Assembly (NCBI RefSeq): GCF_963921235.1
Contig: NC_086109.1
Location: forward strand, 12,338,001 to 12,371,806
DNA: 33,806 nucleotides
Origin: Mobula hypostoma
Taxonomy: Eukaryota
Reading direction: 5' to 3'
A program made the translations under genes and the position numbers. The number at the start of each line of letters is the position of its first letter. The first letter of the stretch is position 1. The notes beneath the pieces are model-generated. The model was given only the letters and a program-made list of their open reading frames with translations. It did not search any database and was not told the origin of the DNA. Positions 22,408-33,459 of the stretch are shown here, in pieces.

Positions 22408-22679
22408 AGACAGTTGTGGCATCGTCCAGTACCTTTTTTAAATTTGTTTTCAGTTGGCTTCTTTGCAGGGGTTATGACATGCAAATTATTGAACGGATTT
22501 CCAACCAAGTAGTAGTTGTCAATGTGGCTTGTTGTTGTTGTTGTATTTCACAGTTACAAATGTCATTCCCACAGGAATTGCCTTTTCTCCTGGATAGGTT
22601 CTTAGTTGAATATCTGCAGGCTTCAGCTTGGAATCTTTGAAATGTTGCTCAAACTTATTTTGTGGAATGACTGAAACAG
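22408..22679 (-). mobile_element. Gypsy protease to pre-RT region
   Basis: SVIPQNKFEQHFKDSKLKPADIQLRTYPGEKAIPVGMTFVTVKY...LGWKSV...VLDDATTV; truncated just after the expected DTG motif. Confidence 0.8.
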
Positions 22680-23195
22680 GTGAATGATTTAAACCTTCTC
22701 CTGTGTTTATGGTCTTATGGTCCTGACTCCCTCAAGAAAATCCAGGAGCCCGAATGTGATCTGTTTGCCATGTATAAAGTTTTATTCTCATCTAAGCCTA
22801 AAGGATAAATGACTTATTAACACCAGCAGTTTATAAGCAAGTATCTTAACTGATAGCTTATTAATCATTGGAATATCTAACAGCAACGACCTCTGGCATT
22901 TAAATCCATAGAAGAGAGTTTAATAGAGTAAAATGGTCTTAAGCAGTTCACAGCTGTGACAGGGCTAAAAATAGTTGCTGTGGCAAAAAATAAAAGGTGC
23001 CACAATATTGAGATCAGTGGGGGTGACATGTTGGAAATGGAATGCTTAAAAATAATGTCTTGAAGTACGGTAACATTATTTTTTCACCTTCATGAAGTTA
23101 ATAATTTAATGACAAGAGAGGTTAATTTTTTCATAAATTGGGAAGAATATTTTATCTTGGTGCAAAATTCGAGCAGTCAGAAGCCTTCACTTTAC

Positions 23196-23234
23196 CTAAG
23201 GGACCAGGTTGTGAGGATCTGATACATTGCCACT
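23196..23234 (-). CDS. Candidate terminal cytoplasmic exon of receptor gene 2
   Basis: attgccttttgcag acceptor; SGNVSDPHNLVP* in phase 0 after the TM exon; TAG directly followed by gtaaag. Confidence 0.5.
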   Translation of the reverse strand, partial: SGNVSDPHNLVP

Positions 23235-23489
23235 CTGCAAAAGGCAATGGTCAAATCTTCAGACCCATCGACACTGGGAACTCTGCTATGCAGTTGTACC
23301 TGGAGCTTGGACTCCAATATATGTACATCAAACATTCTGCACACATACAGTGTGTCAACATCTTGTCAATATCATCTGCAAATATCTTTGTATTGATCAT
23401 TGGATAAGAAAAGGTCAATGTGTTTAAATGTCTTTCCTCAAATGATCAGTATATTTGAAAGCAAATTCCACTGATGTCCAGAAGCCTAC

Positions 23490-23580
23490 CTCAGTTTTCC
23501 TTGTGAACCATGTGACTGAAATCATGCAGATCATCAGCAGAGTGAAGAGCAGCCAACGGTCCACCTTCCATATTATGAAA
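23490..23580 (-). CDS. Transmembrane exon of receptor gene 2
   Basis: Strong acceptor tctcttcccctttactcag, GAG|gtaggc donor; FIIWKVDRWLLFTLLMICMISVTWFTRKTE, no stop. Confidence 0.8.
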
Positions 23581-23649
23581 CTGAGTAAAGGGGAAGAGAT
23601 ACAGAATTGATGAAATTAAGCAAGATGGCTTTGTGTTTGAAACATTTAC

Positions 23650-23668
23650 CTTCTGTTTCTTCTGTAAC
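23650..23668 (-). CDS. Candidate juxtamembrane micro-exon of gene 2
   Basis: AG|gtaaat donor in phase 2 matches the TM exon (YRRNR-S-FIIW); acceptor ambiguous (19-nt AAG or 12-nt CAG). Confidence 0.45.
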
Positions 23669-23907
23669 CTTAGTGGAGTGGAGTGAGGTAAGAAAGCAGA
23701 GCCATAGGAGTTCAACTAGAAGAGTAAACTGCTGTTGATTGAATGACAGGATGGGGGAAGGGGAACAACCTGTGATCACAAGTTACAGACACATAATCAC
23801 TGGGACTTGGTCACGTGCAAATGAGGTGTTTGAATTGAGAACTACACAGTGAAAATGGATTTAGGAAAAATAGAGAAGTTAGAATTGCAGAGGTGCCTTT
23901 ATGATAC

Positions 23908-23936
23908 TGAAATGTCATTGGAGGAAGTGGACACAG
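23908..23936 (-). CDS. Candidate Ser/Thr-rich stalk mini-exon of gene 2
   Basis: gtcccttacag acceptor; xVSTSSNDIS; weak donor gtatca. Confidence 0.25.
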
Positions 23937-23964
23937 CTGTAAGGGACATGTCACCCAGGACATA

Positions 23965-24246
23965 GTTTCTTCTCAATGCCACCATCAGGGAGAAGGTAGA
24001 GGAACATGATCATATACCCTCAATATTTTAGGAACAGATTCTTCCTCTCCACCATCAGATTTCTGAAGACAAAATAAACCAACCCATGAATACTACCTCA
24101 CAATATTTTGCTTTATTTTTGCACTACTTATGAATATATATTTATTTTTGTCATTTATAGTTTTTTATGTATTGCACTGTACTGCTGCCACAAAACAACA
24201 AATTTTATGATATGTGCCAGTGATATTATACCTGATTCCGATTCTG
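23965..24246 (+). mobile_element. Rex/Babar-type LINE 3' end
   Basis: RT-end remnant and 3' UTR ending CCTGATTCCGATTCTG. Confidence 0.7.
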
Positions 24247-25084
24247 TGAGGAAGACAGAAATTGAGACCATGTAGGTAGATTTGAAATATAATGAATGAT
24301 AGATGACTCAATATCGACCCAAGAAAAATAATCATGGGTTGATCAAAAGTATCTCTTTATTCCCTGGACAACAGTGGGAAAAGTGAATTTGAGTTCAACA
24401 GTTTCAAAAGGTCCCATGCAGAGCAGAAGAACTGAAATACCACCAAGGGACTTTGTAAGTTAGAGAAGCGATGGGGTAAATCAATCAGGGCAATGAAAAT
24501 GACCAGATTATAATGCACTTATGATGATAAGAAAGTAGGAGCCATGTAGGATTAAAAGCAAATTGGCTCAAGACAATGGTGTCATCTTTCATTGCTGCCA
24601 TTCCTTGATTCTATTATGGCTATTGGATTTACTGAGTATGCCGGCATGAAATCAAATCTCAGGGTTGTATATGGTGGTAAACGTATCTGAATTGGACTCC
24701 ATTTGCAATTCCTCAGCTCAAATACCCAGCTGATCAAGATCCTGTGTAATTCTTCAAAATGCTATTCACTGAAAAATTACCTGTTTGGGTGTTACCTGCA
24801 GCTTACACATTTTTTTTCTACAGTTACTGTCATTGAGACTTTGGCTAACACAGCAAGTTGTTACCTTATTGCTTAATGCTTTACCTGCAATCTCTGAGTC
24901 AATGTTATGTCAGGTAATATCACAGCAAGAGAAAGCTGCACCCTCAGGTTTGGCAAACACGTAAATGTGAGTCATCTCACACCGTGGGAGGAGGTTAGTG
25001 ACGGAGTAGTCATGGAGAATACTGCATGACAACCTTTGAATGCAGCAAATGATCCTAATTTCCAAAGGATAAACATTAGAAGAG

Positions 25085-25350
25085 ACTAGTCTTTCTTTTC
25101 ATTGAGCATTGGTTGTTAAGAGTGGATATGATTGAGGGATATATATTATGAGATGTACAGGTTGGATAGAGGACAGCAAACTTTCCCATTCTCAGAAGTG
25201 AATAAATCTAGATGACAGAGATTTAGAAGAGAGTTGAAGGGATTGTTTTTACCCTGAGAGTGGTGGAAACAGAGTCACAGTCAGTGTTTGTGAAGTGTCT
25301 GAATGCAGTCTTAAATCAACTGTCAATAAAAGCAGTGGGCCATGTGCTGG
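25085..25350 (+). mobile_element. Old CR1 3' fragment
   Basis: LFSLE...RVDMIE...FFTLRVV-like remnants. Confidence 0.5.
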
Positions 25351-25367
25351 AAGGTAGGCTTTATATA

Positions 25368-25768
25368 CAGTGCTGTGCAAAAGTCTTCTGCACATGTAAA
25401 ATAATTCTGTATAGTGAAGATGCTTTCAAAAACAATGAAATGAAATGTTTCTGAATAACAAGGAGCAAGAAACAATAGTAAAATTAAATGAAATCAATAT
25501 TTGGTGTGACCATCTTTTGCCTTTAAATCTTCATCAGTTCCTCTAGGGATCTTGTCATGCAATTCTATAAGAAAATCAGCTGGTGGGTTGTTCGAAGAAT
25601 ATTGGAGAACTTGCCACAGTTCGTCTGCAGACTTTGACTGTCTCACTTGTTTCTGCCTCTCCAGGTAATCCCAGACAGCCTCAATGATGTCGAGATCAGT
25701 ACTCTCTGGAGCCCATACCATCTGAAACAATAAAAATCTAGGGGGCATAAGATATTTGCACAGTACTG
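25368..25768 (-). mobile_element. Tc1 family B internal-deletion derivative
   Basis: TA TSD both sides; TIRs CAGTGCTGTGCAAA / TTTGCACAGTACTG; WAPESTDLDIIEAVWDYLE...GHTKY transposase C-terminus. Confidence 0.9.
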
Positions 25769-25874
25769 TAGATGGATGTGCAATGGAAAGCCACATGGTC
25801 TTTGTCTGTGCTATACGTCTCTGGGACTGTATGAATCTGTTACACAACAGGATGTGAACCCTGATTCTTATCAT

Positions 25875-26165
25875 TCAAGGTAGGTTTATTTTCAAAGTGC
25901 ATGTATATCACCATATAAAACTTGGATTTATTTTCCCATGGACATAATAAATCTACAGAATAATAACCACCACAGAATCAATGAAAGACCACCCAACTAG
26001 AGTGTTCAACCAGAGTGCAGAAGACACTTATGCAAACACAAAAATGAAGATATAAGTAAATATCAAGAACATAAGATGAAGAGTCCTTGAAAGTGAGTCC
26101 ATTGGTTGTGGGAACATTTCAATGTTGGGGCAAGTGAAGTTGAGTGAAGTTATCCCCGTTGGTTA
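25875..26165 (-). mobile_element. Rex/Babar-type LINE 3' UTR fragment
   Basis: Similar to 19580-19850 and 31580-31845. Confidence 0.7.
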
Positions 26166-26509
26166 TCCATTATCCATTCCAAGTATCTACTTCCAAAATA
26201 AAAATGAATATCATGTCTAAGTTATTACAGAATATTTGTAGAGATTAATTTATCTTGCAGTCTCAGGCCCAAAGCATGTAGAAGAACATTGGTTGTATTA
26301 CTGGTTGTGGAACTGAAGACAATAGTGCCGCTGCCATTCCGCCTGAGTAAATAAAATTGTAATTTCCCCCTTAATCATCTCGATGAGCCACATGGCCTAA
26401 TTCAGCTCCTATATCTTATGGTCCGATTTGGGAGCAAGGCCATCGTACTTCCCTCAAAAAATTCCACAGGTTTTTTAGGCAATATTTCCTCAGTGACAAA
26501 CAATTCATA

Positions 26510-26750
26510 ATAGCATGTAGACATGGTCAAGAGATTCGGTTGTTGGCCATGCCAAACATCAGAATGAAGAGCAAATGTGATCTTAGTGACTTTGACCATG
26601 GAATGATAATTGGTACCAGATGGGGAGGTTTGAGTATCTCAGAAACTGTTGATCTCCTGGATTTTCATGCACAACAGTCCCTAGAGCTTACAGAGAATGG
26701 TGTGAAAAACAAAAAAAAATCTACTGAGCAGAAGTTATGTAGCAAAGGTA
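26510..26750 (+). mobile_element. Tc1 family A fragment truncated at the Nimb 5' end
   Basis: CDLSDFDHGMIIGTRWGGLSISETVDLLDF HTH-type N-terminus. Confidence 0.85.
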
Positions 26751-27160
26751 CCTGTCGAAGAGGGGAGTATCTTCTTACTTTGTGTCAACAGTATTGTTTG
26801 AATTGCTTGAACGGGGGTTTTGCAAGTCTGCTGTGTTGTGAACCAAAGAGGAAAAGAGAGTGGGGAAGGAGAGGGAATTGCTAGTAGGGAGTTGCACGGG
26901 TAAAGTAATGACGGAAAAGACGAGGGGGGGGTTGAGTGAAAGAGAGTGGAGACGGAGAGGATAGCGATTTGGGATCAGAGGTAGGCAGCTGGGGAGAAAT
27001 GGATTATTGTGAAGGGAGAAATAAAGGGAATGAGGAGATAGTGAGGGGATGGATGATTGAAAACCGAGACAAAAGAAATAAAAGAATAAGAAATGACAGT
27101 GGATAGAGCTCTGAAAGTGAGGGAGATAAACAAGTTCAGAGACAAGGTGTTGTCATAATT

Positions 27161-28140
27161 ATGTTTAATGAGAAGGCTCAAGGAAATGTGAAGAAAATTA
27201 ACCTGTTTGGGCTAACAGCAACTCTGGCAAGTAAGATAGGGGAAATAGTATTTGCAGAAGTCCTTAATGATGGCAACCTATTGGTAAAATGTGCGAATGA
27301 GGATCAACTTGAGAAAGTACTCAAGCTAAAAGAGATAGGAAAATGCAAGGTGGAATACTCAAGGAGGGTGAGGGCACGAAATAGCAGTGTATGTAAAGGA
27401 GTGATCACGGGGGTACCAATAAGTATAAATATGGAGGAGTTAAAGAGAAATATCAAAGGAGGAAAAGTAATAAATGTTCAAAGATTGCAAACAAGAAAGG
27501 AAAGAATGAAAAAAGAAGGTGAAACAGTATCGATTGAATTTGAAGAAGAAAGAGTGCCAAGGAAGGTGTTCCTGGGTTTCATGAGTTACCCAGTAAGGGT
27601 GTATGTGCCAAAGCCATTGAGGTGCTATAATTGTCAAAGGTTTGGACACAAGCTAAAAACTGTAAAAGGCAGAGGAGATGTGCTAGATGTGGGGGTGATC
27701 ATGAATATGGAAAGTGCGGAACAGGAGTGCAACTAAAATGCTGCAATTGTGGAGGAGCTCATAATGTTGCATATAGTGGGTGTGAGGTTATGAGACGGGA
27801 GAATAAAATTCCAGAAATAAGAGTGAAAAGAAAGATCACTTATGCAGAAGCTGTAAGAATATCAAAAGAACAGAATAATGCTTCTAATGAACAGGGAGCA
27901 ATAGGGATGCAAGAGTTGCAACAAAGAACACATGACAGGATTTATGTAGACAAAAAGGCTCTAGTCACATTCATTGCAGGAGTGATTAATAGTACAGCTG
28001 AGGTAAAGTCAGAAAGTGATAAAATTCAGCTGGTGGTCAAAGCAGCAATGAACCATTTAGGGTTAATAGGACTGACATGGGAGGAAGTGAGGGAGAACCT
28101 CACTAATCAGTCAAGCCAGAAAGTGTCATGGGTTGGTTAA
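27161..28140 (+). pseudogene. Nimb ORF1 (one frameshift near 27650)
   Basis: CYNCQRFGH...C, CARCGGDH...C, CCNCGGAH...C. Confidence 0.88.
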
Positions 28141-28148
28141 TACTAATT

Positions 28149-29795
28149 ATGGTGATTCTTTTACAATGGAATGCAAGGAGCTTACTGGCCAATAGCCAGG
28201 AATTCAAGCACTTCATTAAAGAAATGGTTGTAAAACCAGATGTAGTATGTATTCAGGAAACTTGGTTGAAACCAACTTTAGACTTTGTGGTATATGGGTA
28301 TACAATGATAAGGAAAGAGAGAATTCTAGGGGGAGGAGGGGGTTGTGCAATGTTAATCAAACAAGGTATACCATATAGGATATTGGAAAAAGGAGATGAT
28401 CAGGAATACATAGTGGTGGGAGTGTGGGAAAGAGGGGAGGGAATGGTTATAATTAACTACTACAATCCATGTAAAATGTTGGATATGGACAGCCTATTAA
28501 GGATACAAAGACAAAACAGACATAAACTAGTGTGGTGTGCAGATTTCAATGCTCATAGCACAATATGGGGGATACGATTACAGATTCAAATGGAAAGGTA
28601 ATTGAAGATTTGATGGAAGAAAGGGATTTGGTGTGCATGAATGATGGTAGAGGAACAAGGATAAACTTAACAACAGGAACTGAGTCAGTATTAGATATTA
28701 CGTTGGTGTCTAATACGTTGGCTGGTGTTAGTAACTGGGGGGTTTGGACTGCTTCAGCAGTAGGCAATGATCACTACCCAGTTTTATGTTCAGTGGGTGA
28801 AATAATTGAAGTAAGACCAGGTGGTGGAATCCCAAAGTGGGTTGTCAAGCTGTAAAAAACAGAAATAGAGCATTCAGGCTAGTTAAAAGAACCCATAATA
28901 TGCAGCATTTGATTCAGTATAAGAAGGCACAGGCAGTGGTGAAAATAACTATACGTCAAGCTAAAAGGGCAAGTTGGAGGAGTTTTTGCAACAAAATAGG
29001 AAGAACAACACCTCTGGGAGAGGTATGGGGAATGATTAAGAGGATGGGGGGGGGAATATCCAGTAATGATATCGGAGGAGGAAACAGCAGTCTCCAGTAG
29101 GGATAAGGCTGAGATCATGGCCAAGTCGTTTGTACAGATACACGGTTCAGAAAATTTGTCTGAAGAAGGGAGAAGGAGAAGGGAAAGAACAATGGATCAA
29201 CACCTAGGTGTGTTAACAGGAGGGAAGAAACAGATGATCCATTTACGCTGGCAGAAATGGTGAGAGCAATAAAGACATCAAGACCAACCTCCCCAGGGAA
29301 AGATCTGATATGCTATGTTATACTGAAAAATCTAGGAGAAGGAGCACTCTTGAAGTTGCTGCATTTTTATAACAGAGTGTGGAAGGAGGACAGATTACCA
29401 AGTGCATGGAAAGAAGCAGTAGTAATTCCAATTAGGAAACCTGGCAAGGATCCGTCAAAACCCACTAGCTACAGATCAATAGCATTAACATCAAATATAT
29501 GTAAGATAATGGAAAGGATGATAACAGAAAGGTTATCGTATGCGGTTGAGAAGAGAGGAATGCTGGCAAGTTACCAGAGTGGTTTTAGGAAGGGAAGGAA
29601 TTCCATGGACTCAGTGATAAGGTTAGAGACTGAAATAAGAAAGGCCCAGGCAAATAAAGAGTCAGTAGTTGCAGTGTTTTTTGACATTGAAAAAGTCCAT
29701 GATATGATGTGGAAGGAAGGATTGTCAATTAAACTGCACAAGATGGGGGTTGTGGGAGAGTTTTTAATTGGATTAAAGACTTTTTGTTTGGTAGA
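28149..29795 (+). pseudogene. Nimb ORF2 remnant (APE, deleted linker, partial RT)
   Basis: ORFs 28128-28601, 28565-28855, 28837-29100, 29066-29263, 29257-29841. Confidence 0.88.
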
Positions 29796-30110
29796 CATGT
29801 CATTATCATCAAAACAGTCCCAATGTTTTCTGAACTTTTAACCAAGGATGTTTTTTTGCAGACATTGAGGAAGGTGGATTAAGTAAACAGTGTTTTTCGA
29901 TATCCTCTGGGTATTCCAGTTGGATGTTTTCCCTAAACGACGCCTGATGGTACTGTTGGGTGGCAGTGTCAACCAGGTGCTCAAGTCTTAGCCATGGACT
30001 GGTCTGCTTCTTGTGAACCCTCCTCTTTTTCATGAGCCTGATGGATGTGGTGCTATGGATTAGCTGATATCCGTCTCGCAGTCATCTATGTCTATCATGG
30101 CACTTGCGAT
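29796..30110 (-). mobile_element. Old RTE fragment (EN-RT linker)
   Basis: Frameshifted KKRR...PEDIEKHC...KFRKHWDCFDDND, collinear with 5930-6215 of the large RTE (KKHQDWFDDN). Confidence 0.7.
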
Positions 30111-30114
30111 AAAT

Positions 30115-30588
30115 GATTGCAGGATTGAATGGCTTAACATATGAAGAGTGTTTGATAGCTCTGAGCCTGTATTCACCAGAATTCAGAAGAAGGAGGGGTG
30201 ACCTCATTGAAACATATTGAATGTGAAAGGCCTCAATAGAGTGGATGTGGAGAGGAGGTTTCCTATGGTGGGAGGGTGTAAAACCAGAGGACACAGCCTC
30301 AGAACAGAGGGGCATCCTTTTAGAATGGAGATGAGGAGCAATTTCGTTAGCCAGAGAGTGGTGGATCTGCGGAATTCTTTGCGACATGCATCTGTGGAGG
30401 CCTAGTCTTTATGTATATTTAAGACAGAGGTTGATAGTTTCTTGATTGGTCAGGGCATGAAGGGATTCAGGGAGAAGGCAGGAAAAAGGGGCTGAGAGGA
30501 AAATTGGAGTAGCCATGATGAAATGGTGGAGCAACTCAATGGGCCAAAATGGCCTAAGTCTGCTCCTATATCTTAAGGTCTTATGGTT
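30115..30588 (+). mobile_element. CR1 3' fragment
   Basis: KGLNRVDVERRFP...TRGHSLR...SQRVVDL; TCTTATGG tail. Confidence 0.9.
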
Positions 30589-30934
30589 GTATGATAGACA
30601 TGACACTGCATTCCCTAGCTTGGACAATGACAGCATCAATGTGGTGACTCTGTTTGGATTGGGTATGCTGCCCAGATGCCGTGAATTTGTTTATCTGGTG
30701 CAACAGAGTATTTATGATTATAAGATTGTGCTCAGCACATGTGGGGAGTCATATTCTATTTGATTTTATTCAGTACCCAGCCTTACTTCCTACTGATCAT
30801 TGTCCTTAAGACCTTTGTACAATGAGAGTCCTTGTGCTCAAAGTGAATAACTTATTATAGTATTCTCTGTGTATTGCTATTCCTTAATATATCAGGAAAA
30901 CACACGCCTGTCTGAAATACAATTTGCAGATGAT

Positions 30935-31080
30935 AGAAATATTCAGTAGGTCGGGCAGCAACTACAAGGGAAATAACAAAGTTAATACTTCAGGTCAGCC
31001 TTTTTCAATAAAATCATTCTGATGGGATGTCATGATCTGAAGATTATTTGATTCTTTCTCCGAAGAGTTTCTAACTACTG
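30935..31080. mobile_element. Highly degraded inverted pair of PLE-terminus repeats
   Basis: GAAATATTCAGTAGGTCGGGCAGCA arm followed by opposite-orientation CTGATG...CTGAAG arm. Confidence 0.4.
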
Positions 31081-31579
31081 ACACCTTAAGGAAAATCTAG
31101 GACCCTGAATTCATGAGAGAAGTTTTATTCTGAACAATGCGAATGGATACATAGTTCATTGAAAATGGAACATTATGAAGAAGCATTTCTATTTATATAT
31201 TCATAGTTAATTACTCAAATAGACAACAGTAAAGCCAGTAATTTGAATCTGTAGAACAGATTTCAACATAGTAAAAAGATTTTGAGCAGTTCGTGATCAT
31301 GCAAAGAATAAAATTGATGCTGGAGTGATGCAGGAAATCTTGAGAAGATGTCACAATATTAAGATCAGCATGGGTGAACAGTTGCAGGTAGAATTCTATT
31401 AAATAAAGCCACTATCTTGAAGTGTGACAAGATTATTTTGTTTGATTTCACCTTCTAAGTCAATGTTGTAATAACAAGCAACATTAATTTTGTATTACAT
31501 CTCCACAAAGTAGGATAAATAATGAATAATGAAATGCTGAGGAGGTTTGACCCAAAATCGAGCAGTGGACCTACTTCTG

Positions 31580-31845
31580 ACAAAGTAAATTGAAAGTAAA
31601 TTTATTCTCAATGTACATCCTATACAACACTGAGATTCACTTTCTGTGGGCATTCTCAATAAATGTATAGAATAATGAAAATAACAAAATCAATATAAGT
31701 CTGCCAAACTTGGGAGTTCATCCAGAGTGCAGAAGACAGCAAACTGTGCAAATACAAAAAGAAAGAAATAATAATAAGTGAAAAAAAACAAACAATATTG
31801 AGAACATGAGATGGAGTCCTTGAAAATGAGAATGATGGCTGTGGA
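31580..31845 (-). mobile_element. Rex/Babar-type LINE 3' UTR fragment
   Basis: Similar to 25875-26165. Confidence 0.7.
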
Positions 31846-31854
31846 AAAAAGCCA

Positions 31855-32187
31855 AATAAAAAAGGTGCTGGCTATTCAATCTACTTATGTTTCCTACCAT
31901 TATTAACACCTTTCTCAAGTCACCAAGAGAAAAACCCGAGCTCACTCAACCTATCCTCATAAAACATGTTGTCGATACAGGGCATCATCCTGGTAAGTCT
32001 CTTCTAAAGCTACTGCATGCTTTCTATATTGAGGTGACTAGAACTGAACACAATACTCCAAGTGTGGACTAACCAGAGTTTTTCGAGCTGAAACGTTACC
32101 TCAAGGCTCTTGAATTCAATCCCCCGCCGAATGAAAGCCAACACACAACGTGCTTTGTTAGCCACCCTATCGACTTGCATGGCAAGT
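31855..32187 (-). mobile_element. CR1 RT fragment
   Basis: QVDRVANKARCVLAFIRRGIEFKS...LVHTWSIVFS. Confidence 0.85.
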
Positions 32188-32484
32188 TCCTGTTCATGTC
32201 TAGGCAAAGGTCTTTTAGTAGACCAAGACAAGACAGGGAGATAAACAAAATCTCGGGTGACATCTACTATTGGACTGTCTGAGCCGATTTGTCTTTTTAC
32301 TTTAACGTATCTCCAAGGTAACACCAGCAATTGAAAGTGGGTGCACCCCTTTCTCCCACCCTCTCCACCCTCCACAAGCCACCACCATCAATCACATCAC
32401 AGCAGTTATATTTCATGTGGCAGTAGTGTCAATCAAAACACTGGTATTGAGGACATTGTACCTCTCGATAGAACTGGATCTTAC

Positions 32485-32570
32485 AGTATCATTGAATCTT
32501 ATTTCTGAATTTTCAGAATGTGAAGTCCTTGTTGATTCTGTTGCAGAATTTTCACAGGTATGTCTAGATT
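32485..32570 (-). CDS. Post-C2 stalk exon of receptor gene 2
   Basis: Acceptor ttttaactctttattgctacag, ACT|gtaaga donor; (E)SRHTCENSATESTRTSHSENSEIRFNDT, open, Ser/Thr-rich with one Cys. Confidence 0.65.
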
Positions 32571-32639
32571 CTGTAGCAATAAAGAGTTAAAATTCAATTC
32601 CAGCAGCTTCTCTGTGCAACATGATGAGATTATAGCTGG

Positions 32640-33410
32640 CAGAATATTGACGGCGAGTCTATCGACGTTGTGTGCTTGGATTTCCAGAAGGCTTTTGATA
32701 AGGTTCTACATGAAAGATTAGCATGTAAAATTAAAGCAGGTGGGTTAGAAGACTGATATGGATAGAGAACCATCCGGCAGACAGAATTCAAATAGCAGGA
32801 ATGAACAGCTCTGCTTTTGACTGGCAGGGAGCTCATAGTGGAAAACTGATGTATTCAGTGCTAGAATCCCAACTAGTCTCATTGTATATTAATAACATAG
32901 TCCAGTGGGATTAAAAAATATCAAGTTTGCAGAGGGCACAAAGCCGGGTAGGAATATGTACAATGAGGAAGATCTTGACCGTCATTTGGGCCAATACAGC
33001 AAATGAATGGCAGATGCAGCATACTGTAGACGAATGTGAAACTATCCACTTCAGAGTGATCAATGGAAGGTTCTAGAAGAATGAAAAGCAACATCTTTCT
33101 CAAAGGACTGGAGAAATGAATTTGGTGAAAGATGTTCCCCTGTCTAAGGATATGGGGTAAGAGGTTCAAAACTGAGTTGTGGTGAAATTTCTTCACCCGG
33201 AGACTGGTGAATGAATCAAACTCTCCACCTCAGAAAACAGTTGAAGTGGAATTATTAAGTATATCCAGGGAGGAGCTGAAGGTATTTCTTAAGTATCGGA
33301 GATCGAAGGATAGGTGGGAGCTACAGACTGAATATGGAAGATAAGCTCTGATTACATTGAGTGGTGCCCCAGGTTCAAAGGGCCAAACGGTCTCCTCCAG
33401 CTTCTACTTT
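32640..33410 (+). mobile_element. Degraded CR1 RT/3' fragment
   Basis: VVCLDFQKAFDKVLH and KFAEGTKPG remnants, CR1 3' UTR. Confidence 0.8.
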
Positions 33411-33459
33411 CTCAGTGTGAATAGAAATGGGCTGTTGGGAGGAAAGTCGGCAGAGATTT

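Larger units (their letters stand above)
26750..29795 (+). mobile_element. Nimb/I-group LINE, 5' nearly complete, 3' deleted
   Basis: Gag-like ORF1 with three zinc knuckles; ORF2 APE (LQWNARSL, IQETWLK, ADFNAH, NDH) and RT start (SYRSIALTS, QSGFRKGR, FFDIEKVHD). Confidence 0.92.

Noticed and set aside
23491-23779. ORFs 23491-23715 and 23573-23779 as coding units
   Set aside because: Wrong frames crossing introns; the TM reading is in a third frame bounded by splice sites.
32517-32557. Plus-strand exon-like segment (ttttcag...CAG|gtatgt)
   Set aside because: Overlaps the better supported minus-strand stalk exon; no other plus-strand exons found.
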